This document shows positions 50,047-62,009 of a DNA stretch of 64,000 nt, one piece after another. Origin of the DNA: Callorhinchus milii (Eukaryota). The notes under the pieces are model-generated. The model did not search any database and had not been told where the DNA came from. It was given only the letters and a program-made list of their open reading frames with translations. How positions within the stretch are numbered: the stretch's first letter is position 1; each line of letters starts with the position of its first letter. The stretch lies in the NCBI RefSeq assembly GCF_018977255.1, contig NW_024704742.1, positions 81,656,001 through 81,720,000 on the forward strand, given 5' to 3'. The translations under genes were made by a program, and so were the position numbers.

Positions 50047-50949
50047 GCCAGACTCTGCCACTGCCTCACCCCTCAGACCCTGAAACCCTCACTCAGTTAT
50101 TCGTCACATCAAGTCTCGTGAAAAGCGCTATATCAAATGCAAGGATTATTATTATTATTATAAAGCATCGGAAATTGTGTAAATTTGGTTATTTTTCAGA
50201 AGCTGACGTTCAACTCAATTCAGTCAGATTTGAAGTTCATATATTTATTCGTAACACAAATGGGAAAGAGAAAGCTTGATCCCTACTCATTCTGAAATGT
50301 ATTCTTCAGTTCAGCCATAGAATCCAGACTGTAACTAAAACCTGCTTGATTTTGCTTACAAACTGATTATTATGTTCCCTCTGCACACTAGTCTAGAATA
50401 AAGTGCATTGAATAATCCTTTTTCATGTTTTCCCTTTATTTATAAACTGCTTGGGACTTTTCTTCATGAATTGGTGCAATTTAATAGCAATAAAGTCTGT
50501 TTTATGAGGTATCGGGCGATTCATAAAATTCCATGCTAATGGAGAAATACATTGGCCCGCAGGCTTAGTGTTTGTTCCACAACATCAGGGTTTATTGCAC
50601 TACAAACAGAATGCGTTGTTAAAATTTACAAAATTAGCATTGCAGATGTACATTTTTATTTCCCAATGGATTGTTGTGATTTCTGTGAGGAGCTTGATCT
50701 TATACATTCCCCCTGGTCTTCTTTTTTTCGCTTTCGATCATTCCCCTTTTCCTTAATAAATCACCTCCATACTTCAGTGACTTGGCTAGCTGGAGGTGCA
50801 CTGCCAGGGGGTAATAGGCATAAAGTGCTTCATGGGGATCCTGTTTGCGGTGAATTCCATTATGATGTTCTGAGAGCTAATAATAGTCAGGAAATGCAGA
50901 CATTGTACAGGGGAATTGATCTGAAAGAGCAAGGTCTGGTAATACAGTA

Positions 50950-51090
50950 TTCTGAATGTGACCTTTCATCAGAATTTGCTTTTACTTTTTCAGATGCTTT
51001 CAGATGCTGCTGTTGTTGACTTTGTGCGTTCCTAACATTTCCTGATTTTATTTCAAATTTCCAGCATTCTGATTTTTTTTTCTTTTAATA
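50950..51090 (+). repeat. Remnant of a short repeat with a degenerate CTGATGA hammerhead-like core (Penelope-associated type)
   Basis: gtgacctttcatcagaa...cagatgctgc...tttatttcaaatttccagcat resembles an abundant shark repeat (recollection only). Confidence 0.45.
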
Positions 51091-51449
51091 AAGTCAGGTG
51101 TTATATATACTGTGGTTTTACACACTAGTTGCAGTTAGTTACAATATTGTTTGGTAACTTTGTGAGTTCATTTAAACTATTCCTTGTGTTATTTAGTAAC
51201 AAATCTGAAATTTGTGGATAAAATATGTCATTTCTTTATGTCAGTGTCAATTCACTTGTTTAATCTATGCAGCACTAGAGCCACTATATTTAAGTTAGCC
51301 CCTTTCTTTCAAATATCCCAGCAGATCTGTTTTTAAAAATATCTTATATTAAGGAATCCCATTAATTTTTTAAAAAAAATTTAGACCTTTATATATAAGC
51401 AGTTTAAAAAGTGATCTAAATTACAGTCTTTTTTTTAGTCTAACACATG

Positions 51450-52335
51450 CAACAACAACAACAACAACAAAATTACATTTCGCCTTTCAAGTCGGGAGGA
51501 TGTCCCAAGGTGCTGGACAAGGTATGGGGTCAGGATCAGGGAGGGTGGAGGGCAGGGGGTAAGGAGAGTGACTGAAGGCAAGGTCGAAGAGGAGGATCTT
51601 GAGACAGGTCTTGAAGGAGGCAAGGGAGGGGGCAAGGTGAGGGGACTGTGGGATGGAGTTCCAGAGTGTGGGGACAGAATGGCAGAAGGCCCGCCCGCCA
51701 ATGGTGGGGCGGGCGAGGCGGGGGACGTGAAGCAGGCCGGAGCCCACTGAGCATAGGGATTGGGCAGTTTAGTAGGGGATTAGGAGGTCCCAGAGGTAGG
51801 GGAGAGCAAGGCCATGGAGGGCTTTGAAGGTGAAGACCAGAATCGTGAACTGTATCCTCTGTGTGATGGGAAGCTAGTGGAGTCCGTCAAGGATAGGGGT
51901 GATGGGGTCCCAGAGCCTGGTGCGGGAGAGGACTGGCAGAGTTCTGGATGATCTGCAGCCTACAGAGGGAGGAGTTGGGGAGGCTGACAAGCAGGGAGTT
52001 TGCATAGTTGAGCCTGGATGTTGTGAATGCAAGCATATCTCAGTAAGGTGGAGTGTGCATTCTTGGATGGTGATGCTGTCTGTGCCTGAGGTGTGAAGGT
52101 GTTGACCGGAATCAATCAGGAGGGCCTCGGTCTTGTTGTTGTTCAACTGTAGAAAGTTAGCTCTCATCCAGGACTTGATGTCTGACAGACATTCTGTCAG
52201 GACAACAGTGGTCCTGGAGTCGAGAGTGGAGGCAGAGAAATAGAGTTGTGTGTCATCCACATACACATGGAAATTGACCTCATGTCTGCGGATGATGTCA
52301 CCAAGAGGGAGCATATGGATATTGAAAAGGAGCAC
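51450..52335 (-). mobile_element. 5'-truncated L2 LINE with internal deletion
   Basis: LLFNIHMLPLGDIIRRHEVNFHVYVDDTQLYF...LWNSIP...FKTCLKI, tail. Confidence 0.95.
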
Positions 52336-52624
52336 TGAAGAATGCCGCATGAGACGGAGGGTCCTGGAGGAGAATGCAGAAACCTATCACCATGCTCAAC
52401 AGAATCCTAAAGCAGAGGTTCACATATACATTCCATTAGATAGTGCGTTCATAGGAATATGAAGACTACTAAAATAACTACACAATCATGCTCTTTGTTA
52501 TTATAATTGCTTTTTTACATGGCAAAATCTTTATTAATGTGAATGTTGTCAAAAAAGTAAATTCACTTCTTGACTGTTAACTAAACTACCTACAACAAAA
52601 GCAGATCTTGTTTTAATAGCGACA

Positions 52625-52830
52625 ATGTTCGTTTAGATGGTGCCTTTCACATAGAATATCACAAAGCACTTCATGAAGCCGGTGGGAACCCAAGTTAGGA
52701 GGGAAATACGTAGGGAGGAGGTTGGGGAAGGAGGCCAAAGGTGCAGTTAATGTGAATGAAGCCAAGAGGGAGAGAGCAATTCCTAGGGATTTTTGAAGAG
52801 AGTTTCAAAGAGCGGGAGAAAAGTGGCTAC
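52625..52830 (-). mobile_element. Old L2 tail fragment
   Basis: ggtgcctttcaca...aaagcact; agagtttcaaagagcggg. Confidence 0.55.
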
Positions 52831-52989
52831 TTTGCTAATCAGAGTTATTCCACCTATTTAGTAATCAATCATTTTTAGTTATAAGATAAGATCCAACACA
52901 TATTTACGATAAAATAGAGTCCTCACTGTTGAGAAAAAAATCATACTCATCTTGACCTAAACTAAAATCTAAGATGACACTTAAGTACA

Positions 52990-53135
52990 GTACTAAGGGA
53001 GCACTTCATTATTGAAGGTCCTTTTTTTCAAATAAGATTGTAAACCAAGTTCCCATCTGATGTTCAGTTGAATGTTGAAGATCCCATAAAAGTAATCCAA
53101 AAAAAGAAGAGAATTTCTCCTCATGTCCTGCCCCA
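52990..53135 (-). mobile_element. Deu SINE fragment (diverged; orientation uncertain)
   Basis: taaaccaagttcccatctg...gaatgttgaagatccca is related to the Deu core. Confidence 0.45.
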
Positions 53136-55544
53136 TACCCTTCCAGATTAAATGACCATTAATCTCTTTACTATTTAAAGGACCTTGCTGGTGCAATTAT
53201 CGTGTTTACCAAGAGAAAACAGTCACACTTAACATTAATTACCTGACGAGCACTTCAAGGTGTTGTTGAGATGAAGTACAATACCTCAAACTCATTCTTT
53301 CATACCATCTCAACACTGTGGAACCTCAGTCTTTCATTCCACCCGTAATTTACAAGCTTTTAAATGTCAAGCCTGGTGGTACCTGAACACTTCTTAATTT
53401 ATCTCATTTTCTCTTTTCAATCTCAAGGTCCTCGACTAAGAACTTTGACCCATCTACTGAATTTCTCTATAAGGAAAGTAATAAACTGTATAAAATGAAT
53501 GGAACTCAACCTATTATTGATTCAAACAATGTTAATAATAATCATGAGCTATTATTGAAATTATATGGAGCAATTTTCAGATTAATAATAATGTGAATGC
53601 TAGCTTACCCTCAGGTGGGTAATAGCTGCCTAAAAGTAAAAGCATACTTTGGAAATATTTATACCGCTTCACAATTTTCACATAGCATTAGCACAACGAT
53701 AAATCTTTTATAGCTAAGGGTTTAAAAATATCAGTTTTACCAATTCTGAAGGATTCATATCCAAACTACTAATGATGCAGCAAACTGCAAATTTACTTGG
53801 TACACTCCCCAAAATCCACTCAAGTGATGTTGGACTACAGTCTGGAGTTTAATCTACATTTGAAGTTTAACTAAAGACAATATAATTGATACTGTGCCTT
53901 TTTAGTGTCTGTCAGTTGAAATACAATTAAGGCATAGATTGATGTCATCGTGCATCACGGCTGATTTGGTGCACCCCCATTACTGGCCAGTGCAATGTAT
54001 GCCGGAAATCCTCTTTGCAGAAAGAATTGGGTGCAATATTCTGACTCCGCACATTGAACATTGATGAAAGTGCAACATTGACCTGGGGGAAATTAATTCT
54101 CATTAGTTTCTTTCACAAATCAAGACACTCTCTCCAGGAGTAATAATAATGATAACTTGCAAAAGCAGTATAAAGAATGCCACAAGACTGAGCATTTCAG
54201 AAACCAAAGACATCCCCGGCTCTCCGGGCATTTAACAACATGAATAGATATGGACTCTGAGTTCTAATTATATAATTTTTAATATCAAGATCTTAAAGCT
54301 AAATTGCTAAATCAGAGATTTCCTTTAATGTAAACCAGTTGTAAATGAAGGATCTAACAATGTAGAGACTTACTGTTTGGTGTTCTGGAAGAAGGTTCAT
54401 AATCTCTCTTTAAATAATTCTGCACCGCAAGCTGCTTCCATTTTTACTGTTATTGCCCATCAATCTTTAATTGAGCTTGAGGTCCAGTTACAATTTGATT
54501 TATATTCCTGCTGTCAGAAGAAACAATGTAATGTTACAATATTAACCACAGAGCTTCACATGATGAGCGAGATATGGACCTTCATTGGGCGATGGTATCA
54601 ATATCAAACACTGTACAGGTCTTGTGTGGATTCTCTGGAGCTATCAGATGAGCACTGTGTATGGAGATTGAGATTCATACAGTAAGGATTGCCACAGCTG
54701 TTTCCAGAGCTACAGCACATTTCCCTGACACCCAATGACTTTCTTGTAACTGTGAAGGTCACTGTAGTTTATTAATGTTTCCAGGCACCTGCAGGAGATG
54801 ACAGTGGCCTCTCTTAATCTATTATACCAATCTGTATTCAGTAGATGTTCTGGAAGGCTGACAGGTTTATCAGTTATTCTAGACTGCTGCAAAACTATGT
54901 GCTGGACACAAAGCAAAGGTTGTAGGTTAATCGCTGTGGATGACTTTGCAAGCTTTACTCTTTTGTTGTTTGTAATTCAATAAGACAGATGCCCAACTGT
55001 CTGAGATCAATCTGCATAACAATCTGCTCAAAATACTGACAAATTGAATGAATCACTTTGTGAAGGCCACCTCTCAGCACATTGTATGTCTGTTAATGAT
55101 AAGACCAATATTCTGAGCCTTTTAGGAGTGATGATCACTTTATGTAAAAGACTGATTTGTGTGGTAACGGTTTTTGAGAGAGGACAATAGGGTAAATTTT
55201 GTCAAGTTTCTTAATATTATTCAATGTGATCCCATCAAATGCATTACAGTGTCCTTATCACCACCTACCATCTCTGTCCCCTCCATCTCCCTTTCCCCAT
55301 CCCTCAATATATTAGATCAACCTTTTTGCTTCGTGGCAAATTCTGCTTCATACATGACCAACATTGGTGTTCCGGCTATAGTTTCTTGATTTCCCAGATG
55401 ATCCTCCTATTTTTAAGAGATTACTATTTTGTGATTTGTTGTCTTCTGCATCCTTTGTTTGTTATTTGCTCAAACAGGTCACAAGATTGGTTTGAATGAA
55501 GATTTAATCTCACCCCTCCAGAACACCCACCTCCCATCCTCCCA

Positions 55545-55880
55545 TCACAGAATCAATGTGCTTTTCAATTGAATCCAGTGTCTTGGCCTCAAGCACCCAT
55601 CCTAGCATTCTGTTCTAGTCATTGATTGCCTACTGAGCAAAGAAAAAATACTTCGCTGGGTATGTCTGTCAATTTCCCTTTGTAACTCTTTGTTCTACTG
55701 TCTCAGTGTATCTGAAAGCACTGTTCTGGGTTAATTTCTTTAATTCCATTTCAAATGTCATACATGATTCCCTCTGAGACATCTAATTTCAGGACTGAAG
55801 AGCCCTAGTTTGTCTAACTATTGCTTAGAGCTTACTCCTCTAATACTCGAGATGTCTTTCGATAATTGCTGCACCCAGAG
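55545..55880 (-). mobile_element. Old CR1 3' fragment
   Basis: ccctctgagacatctaatttcaggactgaagagccctag reads LGLFS.EIRCLRG on the minus strand. Confidence 0.65.
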
Positions 55881-56269
55881 CTACTAAATGGTCTTTTCAA
55901 CAGTGTCAGACTCTGGCACCCTGGCTGCCGCAAGGGGTTGACGTGACCATATGATTTCCATCCAATAATCCAAGCAGACCGTAATCCAGTGCAGTGCACA
56001 GGATGACCCATTTTAAGTGCTGATTGGAATCCTGTCCCTATAATAACAGCTCATGTCACAGGGGATTTTAGTTCAAGCCTTTGCTGCCTGAAGTGATTGG
56101 GGAAGTGGACTGGAAAACAGCTAAGCTAGAGATTGGTGTCCCGTGTAACTTGATAACGATTCAGTACCTGTGAGATACCCAACACTGCTCGCTGTCAAAT
56201 ACTGGAACTCTCAGCTCCCAACAGCCAAATCCTACTGGTACATTCGTGTCACTACTGGCTTGAGGTCCA

Positions 56270-56505
56270 GCTTACTCCACACACCTCTGCTTACCTAGCA
56301 GTAAACATGAACCCGGTTGTTCTCCAATTGGCAGATTGCTTTCCGGGGAGTAATAATCCCTTCCTGCACAAAAAGTTGAGCACTCTATCCACGACTGTTT
56401 GTGTGCGCATTTGCCTGCCTTGCTTTGCTCACAAAATACAATCAATCCACTTTACAATATATTCTGTGAACTGCTTTGAGACATCTCAATGATGGTATAA
56501 GGCAC
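56270..56505 (+). mobile_element. SINE family A long form, headless
   Basis: cttactccacacacctctgcttacctagcagt...tail. Confidence 0.85.
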
Positions 56506-56900
56506 AACAACAACAACTTGCATTTGTATGGTGGCCTTCACTCGGAGTAGCGTCGTGGAGCGCTTGACAGTGGTGGAGTCTGACACCGAGCCAGGGCAAG
56601 AGGGAGGGGAAAGGTGACCATAAGCATGATCAAAAAGGAAGGTCTTTAAGACGGATTTGAAGGTGGGGAGGGAGGGTGTAAGGCAGAGTAATTAAGGGAG
56701 AGAGTTCCAGAGTTTGGGGGCCTAGTGGCTGAGGGCAAGCCACCAATGGTTGAGTGAAGGGAACGAGGGAAAAACAGGAGGCTGGAGCCAGCCGAGTGGA
56801 GGCAGTGGGTGATGGAGTGGGTGGTAGGTAGATCGGATAGGTAGCGAGGCGCAAAGGAATGAAGGGTTTGAAAACGAGTGAGAGGATCTTGAAATCGAGT
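56505..56900 (-). mobile_element. L2 3' end
   Basis: LDFKILSLVFK translation, (CAA)n tail; SINE tail at 56905-56940. Confidence 0.85.
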
Positions 56901-56944
56901 ATTTCAAATGCAAGGATTATTATTATTATTATTATTATTAAAAA

Positions 56945-57490
56945 CTCTGTACTGCAATTTATTCTCCATGCACTCTTGCTTCTCTTGTTGGGATGAGCAA
57001 TGAGTCTGTTCATTTCCACTTTCTCCACTGGTAGTGCTACATTCAGTTCCACTTCCTTCACTAGCAGTGTTACATTTATTCACCCATTAATGAAATTGTA
57101 AAGAGACATCAGATTGACAATCAACGCGTCATTGATGAACACACTGAATGGGGTGGATGACAGTAATATCCAACTATCAGAATTCCAGTGATATAGTTCA
57201 AGAATAACAAATACTAATTGTCCAGAAGATAACTGTACAATTTCAGTAGTAATGGAAATATCATTCAGACTTTGATCTGTTCCATTATTCAATGTAAGTA
57301 TAACTAAGCACTACATTCTACACTCTGACTATTAGCATTGACTCATCAGGTTGAACAACATTATACGAAAAGCATATGACAAAAGACTTTTGAATTGGAT
57401 GACAGATCAATTCAAATGTTTCAAATACATCTCAGGCCTTCTTAATGCTGGTTAGACACTGATCTGCCCACTGCATTAATAGGTTTTCCC
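56945..57490 (-). mobile_element. Very old CR1-like RT fragment
   Basis: Degenerate GRS.CLTS, F.KSF and PFSVFIND motifs in the expected order. Confidence 0.5.
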
Positions 57491-57618
57491 TTCCGATCTG
57501 TTAATATCAAGTTCAAAGTACAGGTATATTAATATTTTTGTCTTTTTAAGGATGTCTTGTTTCCTTTCAGAAGCTTAATCAAAAGTTTGTCAGAAATAAC
57601 CTTTTGAAGATATTAGAT

Positions 57619-58045
57619 GTCAGCCTGGCTCAGTCAGTAACACTCTCGCCTCCAGAGTCAGAAGGTTATAGTTTCAAGCCCCATGTCAGCCCCATGTCAG
57701 CTCACATTTGATGTTGATACTTCAGTGCAGTGCTGGGAGTATGCTGCGTTGCTGGAGGCGCCTTGCTTTGGATGAGACATTGAACCAAGATCCCATCTGC
57801 TTGTTCAGTTGAATGTTAAACACCCCATATCTCTATTCAAAAAGATTCCTCGTGTCCTGGCCAATGATCCCCCGAATAAAATTGGTCATTCACTTCATGG
57901 CTGTTTGTGGGGAATTGCTGTGCGCAAACTGGCTGCTGCGTTTGCCTACAAAATAAACAATCTCTACACTTCACAGAAAACAATCCCGTGAGTCACTTTG
58001 AGATGTCTTATGATACGATGCTATATCAAATGCAAGCATTAATTC
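57619..58045 (+). mobile_element. Deu-domain SINE (family B), full length
   Basis: Head, Deu core ttggatgagacattgaacc, tail. Confidence 0.92.
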
Positions 58046-58047
58046 AT

Positions 58048-58369
58048 ATAATAATAATTCTTGCATTTGATATAGCATCTTATGTCTTTGAGATGTCTCA
58101 AAGCGCTTCACTGAATATACTGTAAAGTGAATTGACTGTATATTTTGTGGATGAAACACGACAGCAGTGTCCCACAATCAGTCATGAATTGTATTGACCA
58201 ATTTATTATTTTTTTTAAAAGGAATTATTACCCCCAGAAAAGCCATCCACTAATCCACTACTTACTGCTAGGTAAACAGAGTAAGGAAACTTGCCCAACA
58301 TTTCGCCCTGCCGGGAATTGAACCCAGATCGTTTGTGAGACGAGTGCTCTAACCACTGAGCTACAGGAC
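58048..58369 (-). mobile_element. SINE family A long form with deletions
   Basis: Tail-to-tail with the preceding SINE; head 20-mer duplicated at 58382-58401. Confidence 0.88.
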
Positions 58370-58987
58370 ACTTAACAGGACCTCTAACCACTGAGCTACA
58401 GTTACTAAAATTACCTCACAAAACTAACATCTGCCACAAGGAATTGACAATGTTTGAATTTCAATTTCAATTTTTCAATTTCAATTTTGTCCATTTCCCT
58501 TTTTCCACTCACTACATCTCTTTCAACCTCATTTTTATCTTTCTTTTTTGATTTCACCATTCTCTCCCTTCTTACATCCTTAACCTCCCTCCCCCCATAC
58601 AAATACCCACATTCACACACACACAATATTCAAATTGGAGGAAATTACTCCAATGTAAGAACTTTTAGCGACTCTGATAGAAAAAAAATAAATCTCAGTT
58701 GACAATTGCTCAATGAAATGATGTTGCCCAAAAATTGAATGGGGTTAAAAAATACAAGATAATTATTACTGGCGCTATGTATCATATAATTGAAAAATTA
58801 AATAAAACTAGCCCTTTGACACTAGTGTGATTGCATCACTGTGATCTCTGAGTCTAGCAGCCTTAGCGCTTTATCCACAGCAGCTCCAATCTGACCATAT
58901 TGCTCAAGCTTACTTTATTCTCCAATGAACAGAAACTGCTTCAACTCTAATCCTTGAATCCAATCCCAGGGCTAAAGTTTGTTTTTG

Positions 58988-59066
58988 TTCAGTCGGGTGT
59001 TTGACACATGCGGAAACCCATCACTATGCTTAAGAGCATCCAAATCAAACTGTTCCATGCATCTCA
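58988..59066 (-). mobile_element. Family C terminal fragment
   Basis: tcagtcgggtgtttgacacatgcggaaacccatcactatgcttaagag, with a T-rich run on its left. Confidence 0.8.
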
Positions 59067-59084
59067 CTGTATACTATATACTAC

Positions 59085-59370
59085 ACTGTAAAGCATAATA
59101 AGTATGAATTTGTAGGCAAATGTAGTGGACTATTTGCTCACAGCAGTGCCTCATAAACAGCCCTGAAGCAAATGACCAATTTTATCAAGGACACCAAATT
59201 AAACTCCCCTCTCTTTTAAACAGTGCCAGGGAATTTCAAATTTTCTTGAACATGCAGAGAAGGCAGCACCTCCGAGTATCAAACTAGACGGTGATTTCAA
59301 ATTTCCAATGTGGGGCTTGAAACTACAATCTTTTGACTTGGAAGCAAGGGTCCTTCCGATTGAGCCAGAC
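59085..59370 (-). mobile_element. Deu SINE (family B), deleted
   Basis: Tail, core and head remnants ending in tgagccagact. Confidence 0.7.
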
Positions 59371-59870
59371 TATTGATTGCAGTGTTTGCCATTCTCTGAC
59401 TAGACAGACATGTAACATCTGCCATTATTGGGGTCAGGAGCCTCTTTTTGGGCTGAGTAAGTAGTTTAAAGAGATAATTGAGACTGCATTCTTAAATTAA
59501 ATCTTAATTTACTGCTGACAAACTTAAGTAGTGGATTGGGGGAATTTTTTTTTCTGCAGAGTGGTAAATGAGGGAGGTCAATGAGCACTTGCCACAAAAC
59601 GTGACTATAAAAACCTGCCACTCCAAAATCAGGCCAGTCCAAACATGTATTGGATTGAAACAACTCAATACATGTTTGGACTTTTTCCCATCCTAATTCC
59701 AATGAGTTTTAATTCAAGCCATATCTCAACACTAAGTGGCAAAAGTGCATTCACCACTGGGCACCTCATCTATCTATACATCTGAGCCAAAGGAATTCAG
59801 TGAGGTACTGAGCAAATTAAATTGTATTCAATTGTTGCTAGCTCCATGTAATTTCATTTCCTTTTTCAAA

Positions 59871-60196
59871 GTGGAGTCCTGTAGCTCAGTGGTTAGAGCA
59901 CTCGCTTTGCAAGCGAGAGACCTGAGTTCAATTCCAGGCAGAGGGCGAAACCTTGGGCAAGTTTCCTTACTCCACACAGAGCCTAATAATAATCCCTCCA
60001 AAATCAAAAACAATAATAAATTGGTCATTTTCATTCTACGACTGTTTGTGGGACATTGCTGTGCGCAATTGGCTGCCGCGTTCGCCCACAAATATACAGT
60101 CAATTCACTTTACAGTGTGTTCTGTGAAGCGCTTTGGGACGTCCTCCCGACGTGAAAAGCGCTATATCAAATGCAAGGATTATTATTATTATTATT
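59871..60196 (+). mobile_element. SINE family A short/young form, full length
   Basis: GTGGAGTCCTGTAGCTCAGTGG...(TTA)n. Confidence 0.95.
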
Positions 60197-60309
60197 AAAA
60201 GATGGGATGGGACAATGTAATTGAAAACTGTCCTTACCTCCAGACAGACTAGCCTAAAGCTCTGTATGCCAGCCTTCTCAGTTCCATCTTCCACACGCTC
60301 TAACTCACC

Positions 60310-60755
60310 CAATCGCTGAAGCCTGTATTCTGTCCTGCACCAGGCTCTACTCGTCCATTACCCCCATCGTCCTCAGATACTTCTATTCAAGTGGATTGAC
60401 TTTTAGATTCTTGTCTGGATCTGCAAATCCCTTCATTGTCTTGTCCCTCCCTATCTGTACAATATCTTCCAATGTAACTCTTTTGTCTGCTGATCTAATT
60501 CTAGACTGTTGCTCATTTCTCACTTTCGTTTGGTTTCACCATCGGTGTCTGAGCCTTTAACCTCTGAACTCACTTCCAAAACCTCCTTGCTCTTCTTCTG
60601 CTTTCCCTTCAAAATCCTAAAAATGCCACTATGCTTTTGTTTAACATGCTTAACTCTCCCTTTTCTCTCCTCGTTGTTGCCAATAATGATTCTTAAGAAT
60701 TTCAACCCGTCCAAATGATGTGATAGACGTCGCAGATGTATGAGTTGTTATTGTT
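60310..60755 (+). mobile_element. Old L2 3' part
   Basis: HYPHRP/IDF.ILV...SLHCLVPPYL and FKILK motifs. Confidence 0.65.
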
Positions 60756-60772
60756 GAGCCTAGAATTGTGTA

Positions 60773-61191
60773 TCAGTCTAGCTTAGTTGGTAGCACTCCT
60801 GCCCTTGAGTCAGAGGTTGTGGGTTCAAACTCCATTCTGGGAATTAGAAGACATATAATCTAGGCTGGGGATTTGCTGTGATGTTGGAGGTCTTGTCCAG
60901 TAGTTGAGACATTAAACCAAGGTTCTATCTGCCTATTTAGGTGGATGTTGAAGATAGCAAAGCACCATTCGAAAAGAGAAGGGGGCTTCTCCTGGCCAAC
61001 AGTCCCCTCAATAAAATTGGTCATTCACTTCATAGCCATGTGTGGGATATTGCTGTGCACAAATTGGCTGCTGCGTTTGCCCACAATAAAAAGCAGAGTC
61101 ACTCCACGTTCTATTTATATTAAGTGAAATACTTTGACACTTTCTCCTGATGTGAAAGGTGCTATATCAAATATGAGGATTACTACTATTA
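60773..61191 (+). mobile_element. Deu-domain SINE (family B), near full length
   Basis: Head, core, tail. Confidence 0.9.
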
Positions 61192-62009
61192 GAATTAATT
61201 CCTTTAAGAGAGCAAGAAATTCTCACTGTGCTGTTTACAGGGATTGTACATTAATTGCTTTGGACCATCTCAGCTCAATTACCAGGGTTCATGAGTTCAA
61301 TGTCCATTGTTAGCTGTAGTTTGGTATTAATTGGTCAGCCTGCTGTGTGAGGCCATTAGGTTAGATAGTGTAGGATACAGAAGTGTGTCATTGGACAGAA
61401 AGGGCTATATTTGTTAGGTAGCTTGAAGGAAAATACATTGTTACAAATTTATCAATGTTGCATTACTGACACTTGCTTTGAAAGGAGAAAAATGCAGTAC
61501 TCAAATTTTCAGCACTGTCATAAACTTGTTGGTGTCTGAAACACTCACACAGGCACACAGGAGGACATCCTTGACCTGTTTTTATGATGGTGATGTACAC
61601 TTGTCACATCAATCTTTTAACTGCTATTTCTGTAGTTACAAATCCAAACACTTGTGAAGGTCTTTATCCAGTTACTAGTGCTTGATTAAGGCGTCATAAT
61701 GTCCAGAGGGACAATTTTCATTCAGTGCACTGCCACTCGATATGGACAAAAATATAACTTGATATAAAAAAAACAGTACTAATATGTTAGCCTAAAATTA
61801 ACTTCCATCCCTGGTGTAACTTAGCAACTGACCTTTCAGAAAGCTACACTTATTAAAGTAGAGCTGTTATTTGAGAGGGCTAGTTTTGTGATTTACGCCA
61901 CTTGATCCTTACCTTCTATTTTACTATCATATGTCATTTCCTAAATAAACATACAGAAAAATGGCTTCAAAATTAAAACTGCATTTAAAACTGGCGTCAG
62001 CCAGAGAAG

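Noticed and set aside
50430..50720. The Shh ZRS limb enhancer
   Set aside because: HOX-type motifs are present but I see no match to the ZRS sequence as I recall it, and no LMBR1 exons.
50950..50975. Active hammerhead ribozyme
   Set aside because: CTGATGA is present on the minus strand but stem II and GAAAC are lost.
50552..51019. 155-aa ORF
   Set aside because: TTG start, no recognisable domain, runs into a repeat remnant; probably chance.
59871..59945. Functional tRNA-Ala gene
   Set aside because: D arm, anticodon arm and B box are present, but there is no acceptor-stem pairing or terminator and it runs into the SINE body.
3273..60198. Recurrent ORFs such as MGKFPYST...RWLPRSPTNIQSIHF and MTVYLWANAAAN as a gene family
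   Set aside because: They are chance translations of near-identical SINE A copies, mostly from non-ATG starts.
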